Assembly (NCBI RefSeq): GCF_006345805.1
Contig: NC_043009.1
Location: forward strand, 55,614,001-55,678,000
Reading direction: 5' to 3'
DNA: 64,000 bases
DNA from: Octopus sinensis
Taxonomy: Eukaryota
Shown piece by piece: positions 25,146 through 38,919 of this stretch. The translations under genes were made by a program, and so were the position numbers. The first letter of the stretch is position 1. Each line of letters opens with the position of its first letter. The notes under the pieces are model-generated. The model saw nothing but the letters and a program-made list of their open reading frames with translations, was not told the origin of the DNA and did not search any database.

Positions 25146-27095
25146 GGTGTGATTTGAAGGAGAGTTTGGCTGCTACACCCCATCAATCATGTAGATGCTC
25201 CCAACTGATTAGAATGGAACTAGCTAATGTATGGAACAGAACTGAACTAAAAATGAAAGGGATCATTTCCAAAAGAGGGTATTAGCAAAGATCAAATACA
25301 AATGGGTATATTATGCAACATCAGTGGCTGAGGTCATTAGTTCAGAAGTAAATGCTCCAAATACAGAATCCTCTTCAACTTGAATTGTTCAAAGAATTTT
25401 AATAGAAAAGTGCGCGTGTGTGTGTGTGTGTGTGCACGCGGATATGTGCACATGAATGCAAGTGCATTTGTGTGCACAATGCATTATAATATACGTTTTT
25501 AAAAATTGTGTCAAGGGGCCAGTTGGTGAAATAAAGGCACAGGCTGGTTAAAATGGTTCCTCCAAATATCTTCTGTAGAAGAGCTGGATCTGCTCAGTGA
25601 CATTTTGATAGGGGACTTCAGTTTTGTGTAAAGTCAACCTCTTCACAAAACTTCAGCATCCACTAGAAAGGTGCTTTACTTTAATTTATAGCAATATGAA
25701 GCAGATGAGAAATAAACATCCCACTGAATGTGATGCTAATCTATGCAGGTTATTTTCTCAGAAGACATTATCTATTCTCTATAGCTAGGGTTCAAATAAG
25801 GTAAAATAATGGGAACTAAGCACCCTAGAAACAACAAGCATCTACAATGGATCTAAATTCCTGATTCATAATCCAATATTCAAATTAAGTACCTTACACT
25901 TTTTTTGTGTGACTTAGTCAGGAGAAAGGGCATGTGTCTAATGATTGAATTTAGTAAAAAACTAAAAGAACAGTTTTAGTGTAGAATTAATCTTGGAGGA
26001 TATATCCCAAGTCTTTGGAAAAATTGCACAGATAATATAAAGATTGGTTACAGAGACAAATGGTCTTTCATTAACTTTCATTATCCCCCCACTGTTGAGA
26101 GTTTAACAGCAAACAGTATTCAGTTGCAAGTATAACTGCTTACAGCAATTAGCTGCTCTATCTTGGAAACAAAATATCTACAGAGGATATGAACTCAGGA
26201 TTCATGATTCACAATCCAATATTCAAATATATTAACTTTTTTATTGTTTTTGTAGTTCTTTAATGAGAGTAGTTCGGCTATGACCTTTAGGAACCTTTAA
26301 CAATGGAAAAAAGAACCCACAACTGATAGGTTGCTACAGTAAGAAGTAATACATCTAACTATCTGTTGAATGTGCCTTAGACCTGAGATTAAGCTAGTCT
26401 AAATGCTTGCAATAGAGGGGACTCCACTAAGAAGCACTCATGTTAGATAGTGGTGTTAAATTGAACAGCAAATTTAGTATGTCATTGAAGAACGGAGACA
26501 GTTTCATCTGTCCAATGGGATCAAATGTGAAATCATGGGATTACAAATTGAATCTCTGATTTCAGGTAAAAGATTAAGTCTATCACTTCAAGGTCCAGTC
26601 TTTGGTGCATGTGGTGACTTGTGTATCTAAATGATTCTGAAAGCTATACCAGTAGAGTACAAGCTCCACCACTAATGTGCCAACCATGCTGGACAGGTTA
26701 AAGGATAGAGGTTATACTAATATAGATCACCTCTTCCCAGAGGGAAGCATTAATCATAATTTGAAACCAAGAACTGGGAGAGGAAAACCTTCGATCAAGG
26801 AAAGAGCGAAATAATTCTGATGCCATCATAGATCTATTTCATTATTTCACATAATGATCTATTATCTGTAGAAAGAAGATGGATTATTGCATAAAAGAAA
26901 GAGGAGAAACTAAATTGAAACTATTTCCAAATTGCAGCCCCTGAAGTGTCATCAATTTCTTACATCAACAAACATCACCATGGTCAACAAATGTCATTTT
27001 CTTCACTTCTACACCAGTCACAAATGTTATTATTATCAACATCTTTTCTTTAAATAAACAAAGGGTTACATTCTTAAGATGTGTATGTGTGTGTG

Positions 27096-27130
<35 letters not shown>

Positions 27131-27133
<3 letters not shown>

Positions 27134-27430
27134 GAGGCGCAATGGCCCAGTGGTTAGGGCAGTGGACTCGCGGTTGGAGGATCGCGGTTTTGATTCCCAG
27201 ACCGGCTGTTGTGTGTGTTTATTGAGTGAAAACACCTAAAGCTCCACGAGGCTCCGGCAGGGGGTGGTGGCAATCCCTGCTGTACTCTTTTGCCACAACT
27301 TTCTTTCACTCTTTCTTCTGTTGGCCTGCTCACTTAGCCAGCGGGGTGGCGTCATTTGAAGGCTAAAACAATGTGAAGGGCATTGTGACCAGCGATGTGT
27401 AACAACATCTGATAGCCTGGTCGGTCACAT
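27131..27430 (+). mobile_element. tRNA-derived SINE (family C) inserted in (TA)n
   Basis: ggaggcgcaatggcccagtggttaggg (A box), ggttttgattccc (B box); same head on the minus strand at about 59200-59360. Confidence 0.8.
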
Positions 27431-27619
27431 GATATATATATATAAATATATATATAGATAGATGTTATGTTTAAGTGCAAGTATGAAAGAAAAAAAGGAA
27501 GATAAACAAAAATAGGTGTGAGGAGTGTATTTACACAGAAGATTGCAAATACAAATAAACAAAATAAATAGTGCAGTAATCTTATCTTTACAGCTGTTTT
27601 GGGTGAACAAAAATTGTTG

Positions 27620-27665
<46 letters not shown>

Positions 27666-28954
27666 TGTGTGTGTGTCTGTGTGACATATGTGTGTATGTG
27701 ACATGTTTGCTCAGGTTACACAGAATGTGTGACCCAAGCAAACACGCATGAAAATGTAGACAGTAAAATGATGATGATGATGATAGGTATTTGATAGGTG
27801 TTTATTTCTATGTTTGTGTATGCACGTGTATGCGGTGCATATGTACATGCTTGTTTGGGCTTCAATACTTACACTGTAGTTTTTATATTAAAAGAGGAAA
27901 TAAAATATGAAAATAAACAAAAACTCAAAGAACAGAAAACTCCATGCATTTCAAAAACAAACAAAAAAATGCCCTCCTCCAAAAAAGAAACACCCTACCA
28001 CACACACACATACACATAAAAGAGAATGCAAAAATGCAACTTCAATAGAAGGGAATCTTATAACATGCTTGTTGAAGTGGTGAGGTGGTCTGTTAGAAAA
28101 TATGTTACCCTTCCTATCTGTATGTATTATAGATAAGTGGATGAATATGCCAAAATTACAGATTTGGAATATTACATGCAAATAGACAAAGAGGTAGACA
28201 TAGAAGAAACATGTACAAACACAGAAATATATCAAATATATACACATGTATACACTTACTTCCTGAACTACTTTTTATAAGAGATATATTTATAATTAAA
28301 ATATGTATTTATAAGCAACAATAAATGAAGAAGTGGCAAAAGTAAGTGTGTATGTGTGTGTGTGAGAGAGAGAGGGAGAGTTTGTGCATAGTCATGTGTG
28401 TGTGTCATAAAATGTGCCACTCCCTTTCTAAATATAAAGAAAAAATATCTTCTTTCACACAATTTAAAGAAAAAAAATCTGAATAATTTGGTAGCTAAAT
28501 ATAAACAGTTGTGTGTGTCAGCTATGTAAGGAAAGGGTTAAACCAGCAGATTAGCTAGCTAGATGGATGGACAGATGGAGAGGTAGACAGACAGGTAGAA
28601 CAGGTAGAGAGTAGACACAACTAGATGGACACTTGGAAAGGTAGATGAATACAGACAGACAGTAGATGGATAGATAGATAGATAGTGAGGTGGCTAGATA
28701 GCTTGGCAAACAGACAGCTAGAAGGATAGACAGCTCATTTGCGAGAAACAGGTAGAGACATACTTAAATATAAATAGATGAATAGTACATATATATATAT
28801 ATATATACACATACATACATACACACAGAAATGGATAGATGAATGAATGGACAGGAAGATGGAAAAACAAAGAGAGAATTATTTCTTTTAATCCATAAAA
28901 GAAATATATGTTAAAATAAAGTAAAAAGACAATAAACCAATGCTCAAGATCAGC

Positions 28955-28961
28955 AATATAT

Positions 28962-29035
<74 letters not shown>

Positions 29036-29058
29036 TATATATTATATATATATACACC

Positions 29059-29119
<61 letters not shown>

Positions 29120-29136
29120 TATATATATATATACAC

Positions 29137-29201
<65 letters not shown>

Positions 29202-29385
29202 TATATATATATATAACACATATATATATATATATACACACATATATATATATATATACACACTATATATATATATATACACACATATATATATATATAT
29301 ACACACATATATATACACATATATATATATATATATATCTACACACACATATATATATATACACACTATATATATATATATCCAT
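28955..29385. repeat. Compound (TA)n(CA)n microsatellite, about 430 bp
   Basis: Directly visible; source of several spurious IY/YI ORFs. Confidence 0.95.
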
Positions 29386-30351
29386 GGTAAAGTAGTGATA
29401 GTAAAAGGACAAACATTTTCAGTTAACTTATGCTTTTCTCAGAGAATTTTGGAAAGCTTAGTGAGAGATGAAGCAAAAATATAAAGGTAAATAAATTTTT
29501 AAAAAAACCCATAAAACAAAATCAATGCCTAATCTCACCTGGGTTCTTCACAAATGCTAGATTGTCAAATAAAATGAAAGTATCAAAAAAAATAAGTTTG
29601 TCATTAATTAGGGAAATAGCAAGATGGTATTGGTCAACTTATAACTAAGGGGTACATACTGGTCAGTGGCGGGTATACAACTGTGTGCAGATTTAAAAAG
29701 TGAAGATTGTTGTGAGAAAATGATTTTTAAGTGCAATATAAAATTATATTATCAACACAGAGATAATCAAAGATAAACACATGTATTTAAAGTGTTTTAA
29801 ATGAATATATCTTTTACCTTTATTTTTCACTTAGTTGGGACACCACCTTCAAAGGTTTAGATGAGCAAATCAGCCCCTGTACTTAGTTTTGTTTTTATCA
29901 AACCATTAAGTTATGGGGATGTACAGAAACCAACACCATTTGTCAAGCAGTGGGGGTGGGGAGGAGAATACAAACACAAAGACGCATCAAGATTCCACAC
30001 AGTTTCTGTATGCCATATACACCCACAAGTGATTGGTTGACCTGGAGCTTTTGTAACCAACTGGTTACAAAAGGAACTTCTTAACCACCTACTGGCATTC
30101 ACTTCAATGACTCAGCAATGAGCCTGCACAGAAAACCATTGTTGGTTCATGTTATATATATGTAGTGGAAGGCATCCAACAATTGTAGAAAATTTGGAAA
30201 TCATACCAGATGCAAAAGATATCTCAACACATTTAAATATACTAAGTCTTTCTAATGTGAAGGGTCTCCATTTTTGTATTAAGGTAGCCCTATCTATCTC
30301 TCTCTCTCTCTCTTTCCTTCCCTCTCTTTCACACACACACACACACATACA

Positions 30352-30569
30352 CAAGAGGGTGCTGAAAAGTTCTTAGCTTTAAGGATTTTGCAAAAGGCCT
30401 AGTTGGGAGGCCCAAACTTCCAAGTTCTTTTATGGGGCTTAGAAAAACCAAAGGACCGCTGCAATAAGTGTGTGAATCTGAGAGAGGTATATGTTGAATA
30501 AAATCATAATTAATTGATCCTCATGTATTTTCTTTTTCTCAAAACCAAGAACTTTTCAGTATCCCCTCA
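30352..30569. mobile_element. Mariner-type MITE
   Basis: TIRs aagagggtgctgaaaagttct / agaacttttcagtatcccctca followed by TA; partial copy at about 10830-10950. Confidence 0.75.
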
Positions 30570-30781
30570 TATTGAAGCTGAAAATTTTTGATTACTGACT
30601 AGAGTGGTGCTCCAGTCTTTTTTCTTTTTAATTATTCAATTAATTTTGAAAATAATAAACTATTTAGTAAAATAACTCATTATGGAAGGTTTAAATTTAG
30701 ATCACTTTAAAATAGGAACTCTGTATTGCAGTGCCAGGGTAGTCTTGGGCAAACTGATATTAAAAGGGTTAATACTTTCAG

Positions 30782-31220
30782 CAGGGCTAGATTAAGAGCC
30801 ATAGAAGCCCTAAGCATTTAAAAGGTTTTAGTGCACTCAAGTAGATGTAAATGGTTCAAAATGTAAACAAAAATAATTCAAAATGTAATAAATAATAAAC
30901 CATAAAATAAATTTTTAGTTTTCAAAATGAAACAAAATTCACAGTAAGATGGAAAATTACATTTTTGTATACTTCCCCTTTATTTATATTTGAAAAGTTT
31001 CCTCCTTTTTTTTTTAATTGCAAAGTATTTGAGGATATCTTTAAATTAATTTTACATAAAACTTCTGCTCCTATACGTAGTAGAGATAAGGCATTACAAA
31101 TATTTTACCAAGTTTAAAGTGATTTCTTTAGTGCCATAAATCATTTTCATTTCTGTGGTGCCCCATCCCTTGATGCCCTTAGCACGGACTTATTTTGCTT
31201 AATGGGTTAACCCAGCGCTG
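30782..31220. mobile_element. hAT-superfamily MITE
   Basis: TIRs CAGGGCTAGATTAA / TTAACCCAGCGCTG; perfect 8-bp TSD ACTTTCAG (30774-30781, 31221-31228). Confidence 0.88.
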
Positions 31221-31612
31221 ACTTTCAGCTTAAGCAAATAAGTATGCAATACTCCACTGTGTTATGAACAAGTGCTGAGTTCTCTATTTGAATTTATGTG
31301 TTGTTTTAGAGAACAAATGTGTTATATATAATCATACATATACTTGCTTGTTTGGGGGTACAAGCAAGAGGAAGACTATTTAATAAGGGAAGTTGATGAT
31401 TCACTGTCACTACTCAGAGTTGCTAATGACAGATGGTTCAACTGATGAAATGTCAACCCTTTATCATATGAAGGATTGCATATCACAAGAAACTGAGCAG
31501 TGACAGAATGACCAGCTTCTGAATTTGTGTGTGTACACAAAGAAATGGAAAACCAAATATTTATAGACATAAACAAATGTGTGAGTATGAAATGTATGCA
31601 TGTGTATGTGTG

Positions 31613-31680
<68 letters not shown>

Positions 31681-33963
31681 CAGTTATGTATATACTTATT
31701 CTGATTTAAGTTGAAAAGTCATATACATAGATATACATATTGTCATACATACACAGACACACATATGTATATTTATACATGTGGTTGGTGTATTCAATAG
31801 TTGATGTTTTGTGTAATATAAACATCTAATATATGACACATTCCCATATACACTTTAGATGCTACATCAAATATTTGTCACCAAGTCACATGCTAACCCA
31901 GCTGGAGGAATCCCTCTTTCAACTCCACAGCACCATCTAGTTGGTGCTAGTGTTGTTTTAAAAATTTACTTTTGTTGCCATACTAAGTCAGCAGGGTGGT
32001 GAGAGGTTTATTTTTTTTCTTTCCATAATGCACCTAAGTAGAATTTGAAATAGAAACTGGAAGAGTTTGCACAAATGTCATAGGGTATCTCTCCTGATGC
32101 TCTGATAATTCTATCAACCTGCCATGAATTGGCACTTAATTTGCCAATCCTGAAAGGGTGAATGATGTCAATAAAATTTGAACTCAGGGCAACGACCTGA
32201 AATGAATACCACAAGGTATTCTGATAACTTACACTCTCCACTATTAATTGATCATGTTACCGTCATTATTAAACTGGTATTTGGATGGAATTTTGACGGA
32301 TTAAAAATGAGTCGTATGTCAGTTGAAGTTTTAAGTGGATTGAAAACTGAAACATACCATATATGAAGCTTCTCTTGAGGGTGCAAAGCATTGCATGGAT
32401 TGAGCACAAGGCCTAAGAGGAGAGGAGATTAATGGCCATATTTCATCTGTATCTACTATTATTACTGAATAAACTTTGCTGATTGTTGCTACCAAGCTGA
32501 ATACCAGGCCATATCAAGTGTTATATTTAGGAAACTTTTGAACACTAATAGTGAACAAAGGTCACACAAGCATATTGATGTTGTTGGCAGAGAGACACAA
32601 CAAAACAAACTGAGGACCTACTGAAATTAATAGCAACCAGAGATTCTTAATATGGCATGGCAAAATGCATCCTTGTAAATAGGAGAAATACTACAAGAGG
32701 GTGTGTATTATTGTTAATAATCTAAGTGAATTAACTATAATTGATATATAATACAGAGCCTCATGTATAAGAGATGGGTGTGTATAACAGTGAGTCTACA
32801 ACAATTATACATGCAAACACATGCAAAATATATAAAGTTTATTTAATTATCAAAGTTTCAAATGACATGACAGATTTATAACATAGACCAGGTGGGTGTC
32901 ACCTGATCTAAGTGCGGAATTAAAATTACTTAGGTGGTGCAAACCCAGGTCCAGAATATTTTACAAACAAGGTCAATCTTTTTAAATCTTAATATCAAAA
33001 CAAACACAGGTATAACAATAATAATTATTATAATATTTGTGCATCAATTAAATCAGGTAAATCTAATAATGGTAAAGTAATGCTTAAAATCAGCCCAGGA
33101 ATGTTTCTACCCTTGTTCATTCTAACGAAGTTTTACAAGAAAACGTTCAAAATATTTTCATCAACCCCTACCCAAAATTTTAGAGGGTACACTTGCATTT
33201 TCTACATTCCTTCTTCCTGAGCCTATAATATCTACCTGTTACTGATATTATCTATTTCAGTGGGATATGTCGCTGTCAGGTGAATGACTAAACTGCATTG
33301 CCAAGAGAGAGGTACGAGTATGATGTAACAGCTAAATTCAAGCACCTCCATAGTGCATTAGTTGAAGCCTGAACTAAGCCTGGACCAAGGGATATCTTCC
33401 CTCAGGTTATGAATTTTTGATCGATGAAATATATGCTTACAAATAATTGAGTGTGTAATATTAGAATCAAAAGCCATCCTTTGATTGACGTTAGCAAACA
33501 TCCATCAATATCAATTAATACTAGTTGTTTGGATTGATCAGTATTAAATTTCAGCCAATAACATCTGTTAGTGTTCTCTCAACCTCCATCCTTTCAGTTT
33601 GGTCTTGAAGAGTAACAACAAGAGTTTTCTTTTAAAGCCAAAATACAAAGGGATTGAAAAGGAATGGTATCAACCACCTCAAACAATCATAATGTTATAA
33701 TGTAAAAACAAAAATATGAAAAGAATAAGAGGAAAACTATATTGTATTTAAATAGACGCTATAAGGAGTGTGTGTGTGTGTGTGTGTATATAAAGGAGGA
33801 GAAGAGAGATGTGTATACAAATTCATTTAATGAATGAGTATCCAGATCAATGAGTGTAATGATTTTGTTTTCTTTATACTCCTTTATATCAGGTCACTAA
33901 GAATGGAATGTCCAGTTTTGAACTGAAGTTTATTTCACTTTATCTCAACAAAAAGCAATGCAG

Positions 33964-34320
33964 TTAATCAGAGTATGCACTTAAATTATCAACACAATTT
34001 TGCCTTTTTATTGGTAGTTTATGCCGGCAGTGTAGATTTCTGGAGAGCAAGAGGTGACGAAATCGCGAAAGGCTGGTTTTGCATCTTCTTCAGACTTGAA
34101 GCTTATTCCTGGCAAAAAGTTGTCTAATACCTGGAAAACATTATAGTCTGTCGGTGCAAGGTCTGGTGAATATGTTGGATGACTACTTGGATGACAGTTC
34201 AGTTCCTGTAACTTAGTAACATTCTTTGTGCAACATGTGGTCGAGCTCTGTCTCTATTTACCAATTTTGATTGTTTAATTGCAAGTTCACTCATCATTTC
34301 ATCCAACTGGTTGATGTATA
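33964..34320 (-). pseudogene. Mariner transposase C-terminal relic
   Basis: Minus strand DRARPHVAQ...HP.YSPDLAPTDYNVFQVLD...QNCVDNLSAYSD* with frameshifts. Confidence 0.85.
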
Positions 34321-34321
34321 A

Positions 34322-34713
34322 CTAGCACTATGACCTGGCGTTGCTGGGTCTAGTGCTACTGCTTGTTGTTCGTTGCCAGGTTGCAGTAAGAATTTCTCAC
34401 TAAATCAAAAGCTAAGTTTCTTATCACATTTCAGCCCGGGCCAGTTTTGTTGTTTTTGAGCTAGTTGGAGCTTTTTATGAGAGTAATTAATATTCATTGG
34501 ACTTCGGCAATGCCCATATGCCCATAACTAAGTTAGTTTATTGATTTTTTTAATGGCTTTCTGGGGTGACTGGGGAAATGAAAAGATTTTCAAGACCACC
34601 CTCAGACAGTTTTGAAAGCCCATAAAAAATGTGAGCCTTTTACATGAATAACTGTGGATTTGTATAAAGGACACATAAACACACAGACATTTTGCCATTT
34701 ATAGATATAGAGA
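34322..34713 (-). mobile_element. Non-autonomous Helitron, internally deleted copy
   Basis: A|TCTCTATATC ... gacccagcaacgccaggtc hairpin, atagtgCTAG|T; no TSD; homologous to 46288-46770. Confidence 0.8.
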
Positions 34714-37176
34714 TCTGCTGTAATTGACATACCGGGTCTCATGAAACTGTAGTGAATGACACCAGCACTGGACTACTAAATAGACACCATTACCTTTTTT
34801 TTTTGGTGAATATTCTTCTTTTGGATTATGTTTTGGCACTTCCACAACAGAACTCACATTCATAAACATGAATTTTTGATCAATGGGTTCGCAAAAATTG
34901 ATTTACAAGAGAAAACTTACAATATAATCAGACACCATGAACTGCATTTCGAAAAGTGATGATGTAACTCTTCAATGTTGTAAAACAAAGAATTGTCAGG
35001 ATAAAACATTAGAGTTAATGACTGTTAAACTTGATGCATAAGAAAACTGGACATTTCATTCTTAATGACCTGATATAAACAAAGACAGGAACAGAGAATG
35101 AACTCCTGATAATCCTGTCTGCAATTTCAGATAACATAGTAGGATGGGATTTGAGAAGATTTGGTTACTATTTCTAGCAGACTTAATGAGTACACAATAC
35201 ACTAACTTATTCACTGATACCTAAGTGAACTCTATTGTGTTTTCATAGTGCTGTAGCTGAATTTTGACTTGATATAACTTTAATTCCTTATTAGTGTATT
35301 TATTTTATTTCACAGTTTTATTTTCATTTCACTCTACAGTACAGACATGGTTGACATATGTAATTTGATTTATTTTTTAATAAAATATTTACATTTGAAC
35401 ATTCTTAGATAGCCTTCCTTGCTTGAGCTGATCATTCAGTTTCTAAACAAAAAGCAGGACTTAAGGAGGTATGTGTCATATTCAGAAGTACAGCACAACA
35501 AAGAAGTGTTAATGCCATAGAAATAACACAAAATACTGAAACAAAACCATGCAGAAGCTAAATTCTCAGAGAGTTGATCTAAATGTGTTTCAATCCATTT
35601 CTGGTTAATGGCAATCCAATCTCTTCGGTTGGATATCGAAACTCCAGCTAAATTGATATCCTCTCCATAATCAGTGTGATGAATAATTAATGTCAATGGG
35701 AGATGGTAGGAAGACTTAGCTGAACAAATTGAACAACTAATCAAAATGCAGTCAAATTTGGAAGATGTGAAATGCCTGTCTTTCTTCATGAAAGGGAAAA
35801 ATAACAATTAAGAAATTAAGAGGCAAAGACTCTATTTCATATGAATGCAGATTTCTTAGATACAGTGCAGGATTAAGACTGTAACATAACACATTTGGTC
35901 CCTAGGCCTTATTGAACTCTACTATATTCAAACAATCAATCGATAAACCTTTATTTATATCATTATTATTGCTGACCTTTGATCCCAGATCAGCCCTGAC
36001 CCAACAGACCTCTGATTGCAAATGTTTTAACTGCAACAATCCTATTCTTTCTTTCTTTTTTTTTTTCAGACACTGAATCTAAGAGCACATTATCAAAATG
36101 TATCTAATTATTTTAGCTTGTGGGATGTGATTTAGTAAAGTATTTGAGTGCTATTTCAACCATATTGAGTTTCCTTTCTTTTTGGTGAAGCATACTATCT
36201 TAACACTTAGCACAGAAAACGTGGTCCTCACTCCAGATGTTAGGGAGTTTGTTGATAAAAATTTGGATATTGTTTTATTTATACATAACTATATAGAAGT
36301 TTCATTACATGTTTGTTACACTTGCACAGCAAGGACAAAAGATTGGGCTGAATCAATGAGTGCAGGAGTGAAAGGGAGAATCAGAAATGATAAATATATA
36401 TTATATGAAATAAGAAGTTATATAATAATAAATACAATATATAAACTTATTACATTCATAAAATAGCAAAGAAATAGAATGAGAAACACAAAGTAAAACA
36501 AAACTTCCTGTAATTATAACCATATTTCAATGCAATGGGCATAAAGCTTGAGATTTATTGAGGAAGGAATTTTAGTTTTGCTGAATGGTGTGTTCTGCAA
36601 TGCTGGTTCAGTCACCAAAGAGAGAGAAAGACATGATTGAATAATGTTTTCAGTGTTGTAGTCATGGTTACCTTGTCTCTAATATGGACACATGATTTAA
36701 GACTCCAAACACATACATCTCTCCATTTTGAAGATGCCAGAAGGTTTGCTGAAGGAGATTTTGTTGCTTGATTGAGGAGGTTCAGCTAAAACAAAATCTA
36801 GACCTTCGTATTGGCTTCGCTTCCATACTAGTTGGAGGAAGAAATATAAAACTCATGGATATGTTTTTTGAAAAGTGTGAAAAATGTTTGCTTATATTCT
36901 TGGGAAAAGGTATGGACACCATACATTGTTATCTTCCTCATAAATCTAAAACTTCTTGTTCGTGTAACTAATAGAAAATAGGTTTTAAAAAAATGTTATT
37001 TTTACAATAATAAAAACTGTTTAGTATTTCACACACACAAAGATTTGATTAAGAATAAAGGAAACAATGCAAAAGGAACACAAACATTGTTTTTCTTTTT
37101 CTTTTAGTAGAAATGTTAAAATATGGAAAGCTAAATTAAAGAATGACAAGGGAAGGAAAAAAATAGCAATATTTAC

Positions 37177-37295
37177 CTTTTGAACAATTCTTCCAGTTCA
37201 CTTCTCCTAGTGAGAAGATGATAGAATTTCACAAATTCTTCACTATCCAAAGTTTGCTTACCATAACGGTTGGCAGTTTTGTTTGTGTTAGCTTC
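37177..37295 (-). CDS. PLC exon: EF-hand 2 (EANTNKTANRYGKQTLDSEEFVKFYHLLTRRSELEELFK)
   Basis: Acceptor ttttcttttaaag|, donor AAAG|gtaaat; 119 nt, phase 0/2; EEF..FY..LT.R.E motif. Confidence 0.92.
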
Positions 37296-38789
37296 CTTTA
37301 AAAGAAAAAAAAAATGATAATTTCTAGCCTTGTGTCTTTGTTAGAAACAATTATTAAAATTATTTATAGTCACACAGTACTGATGCTGTAACCTCTTTAA
37401 TTATGCTCCCTATTGAACCACAACCTATGGGCTTGGATGAGAAACACTCTTGCACTATCTTCTATTAAAGTCTCTTTATGCTATTCATATCTGTCCTTAC
37501 TTTATATTGCCAACTGACTGGATTATTCTCATTGAACCAAGTAAAAAGGTTTTCAACACAGCACTCACTCACAGATTGCTCTCAAATTATTTGCCACAGT
37601 TCCAAGGCCCCAATGATAATTTGCAGTATCATGACCTTGTTAATATCTTTATTCCAATGTTTGAGAATTTCGTTTTCCAAGATTCTATAATACTCTAATT
37701 TTCTTTCTTCTTTTTCTCAACTCTGGTTTCAAAAGGGTACATCCAGACATACTTTCTTTTTCTCATAACAACAACAAAATCCAACTTGTGCTCTGTCCTA
37801 TTTTCAGTATGTGTAGGAAAATCCCATATCTTCACATCATTGTCTTGAAGAGCTTTCATTTCTATTCTCACAAAAATAGTCAATGCTCCTTTTTTCATAT
37901 CAAAACAAAGAAAAAATATTGAACCTCTCAAAAAAATTCCAATGAATCATTGCAGCAATTTTCTTAAGCCTGTACTTTTATAATCATTTTGAGTTAACTT
38001 ATTTCTTTATTGGCCACAAGGGGCTAAACATAGAGGGGATAAACAAAGGTATTAAGTCGATTACATCGATCCCAGTGCATAACTGGTACTTAATTTATCG
38101 ACCCCAAAAGGATGAAATGCAAAGTCAACCTCGACGGAATTTGAACTCAGAACGTAACGGCAGATGAAATACCACTAAGCATTTCGCCCGGCATGCTAAC
38201 GTTTCTGCCAGCTTGCTGCCTTATTTTGAGTTAACTGTTGGCATCTTATATGATGTGAGCTATAGCCTCATCTATATCACTGAACATTCTATGAGTTTGA
38301 CTCAACTATGATTTTGTTCTTTTAACCATTAGTTTCTCAATACAATTTATCTTTAGCCATTTGCCTGTCCTGTTTATCACATGGACATATTTCTCTGGCA
38401 ACCAGGAATCATATATGATGTACATTCCCAATTTTTTCAACCACCATAGTAATTTGGTACCTATGAAAGAAAAGATTTATATTAATTACTCAGAACATGA
38501 AACGGGGGCTAACTAAAAGTCTGAAAACAGGTATTAATGTCTAGGACAAACTTATGAAATTTTTTGGACAGGTAAATGATTAAGGTTTGTTCCTCTGCTG
38601 CTAACTTTGCACCAAATTACAGACGGTCCTTTACTATCAGAAATGCAATGAGCCAGTGATTTACCCATTGGATACTTGTAACTAATAACACTTTTGTTCA
38701 CCTGTTATGAAACAAAATACATTTATTAATAAATGAAGTATAAAAAAAAAAAGAAATTAAGAACATGAAATAAATGCAAAAGAAATTAC

Positions 38790-38919
38790 ATTGAAAATCT
38801 GCAATATGTATTTCTTCTTCATGCGTGCATTAAGGCTCTTCAGTAGTTTAACCAGTTCATCGAAATCCACTTCACCATCAGAATTTTTGTCAGCACTTAG
38901 AAAAGCATCTCTGATCCAT
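38790..38919 (-). CDS. PLC exon: EF-hand 1 (WIRDAFLSADKNSDGEVDFDELVKLLKSLNARMKKKYILQIFN)
   Basis: AC acceptor, donor AAT|gtaatt; 130 nt, phase 2/0; canonical loop DKNSDGEVDFDE. Confidence 0.93.

Noticed and set aside
27951-28247. ORF ...DRKGNIFSNRPPHHFNKH... as a hidden exon in the 23-kb intron
   Set aside because: Joining at the nearest AG gives an immediate TAG in the PLC frame; no homology recognised.
28718-29395. Long IY/YI ORFs
   Set aside because: Translations of (TA)n; the same applies to the CV/HT ORFs over (CA)n.
35436-35807. 123-aa ORF
   Set aside because: No recognisable domain and no fitting splice signals; possibly transposon debris, but unsupported.
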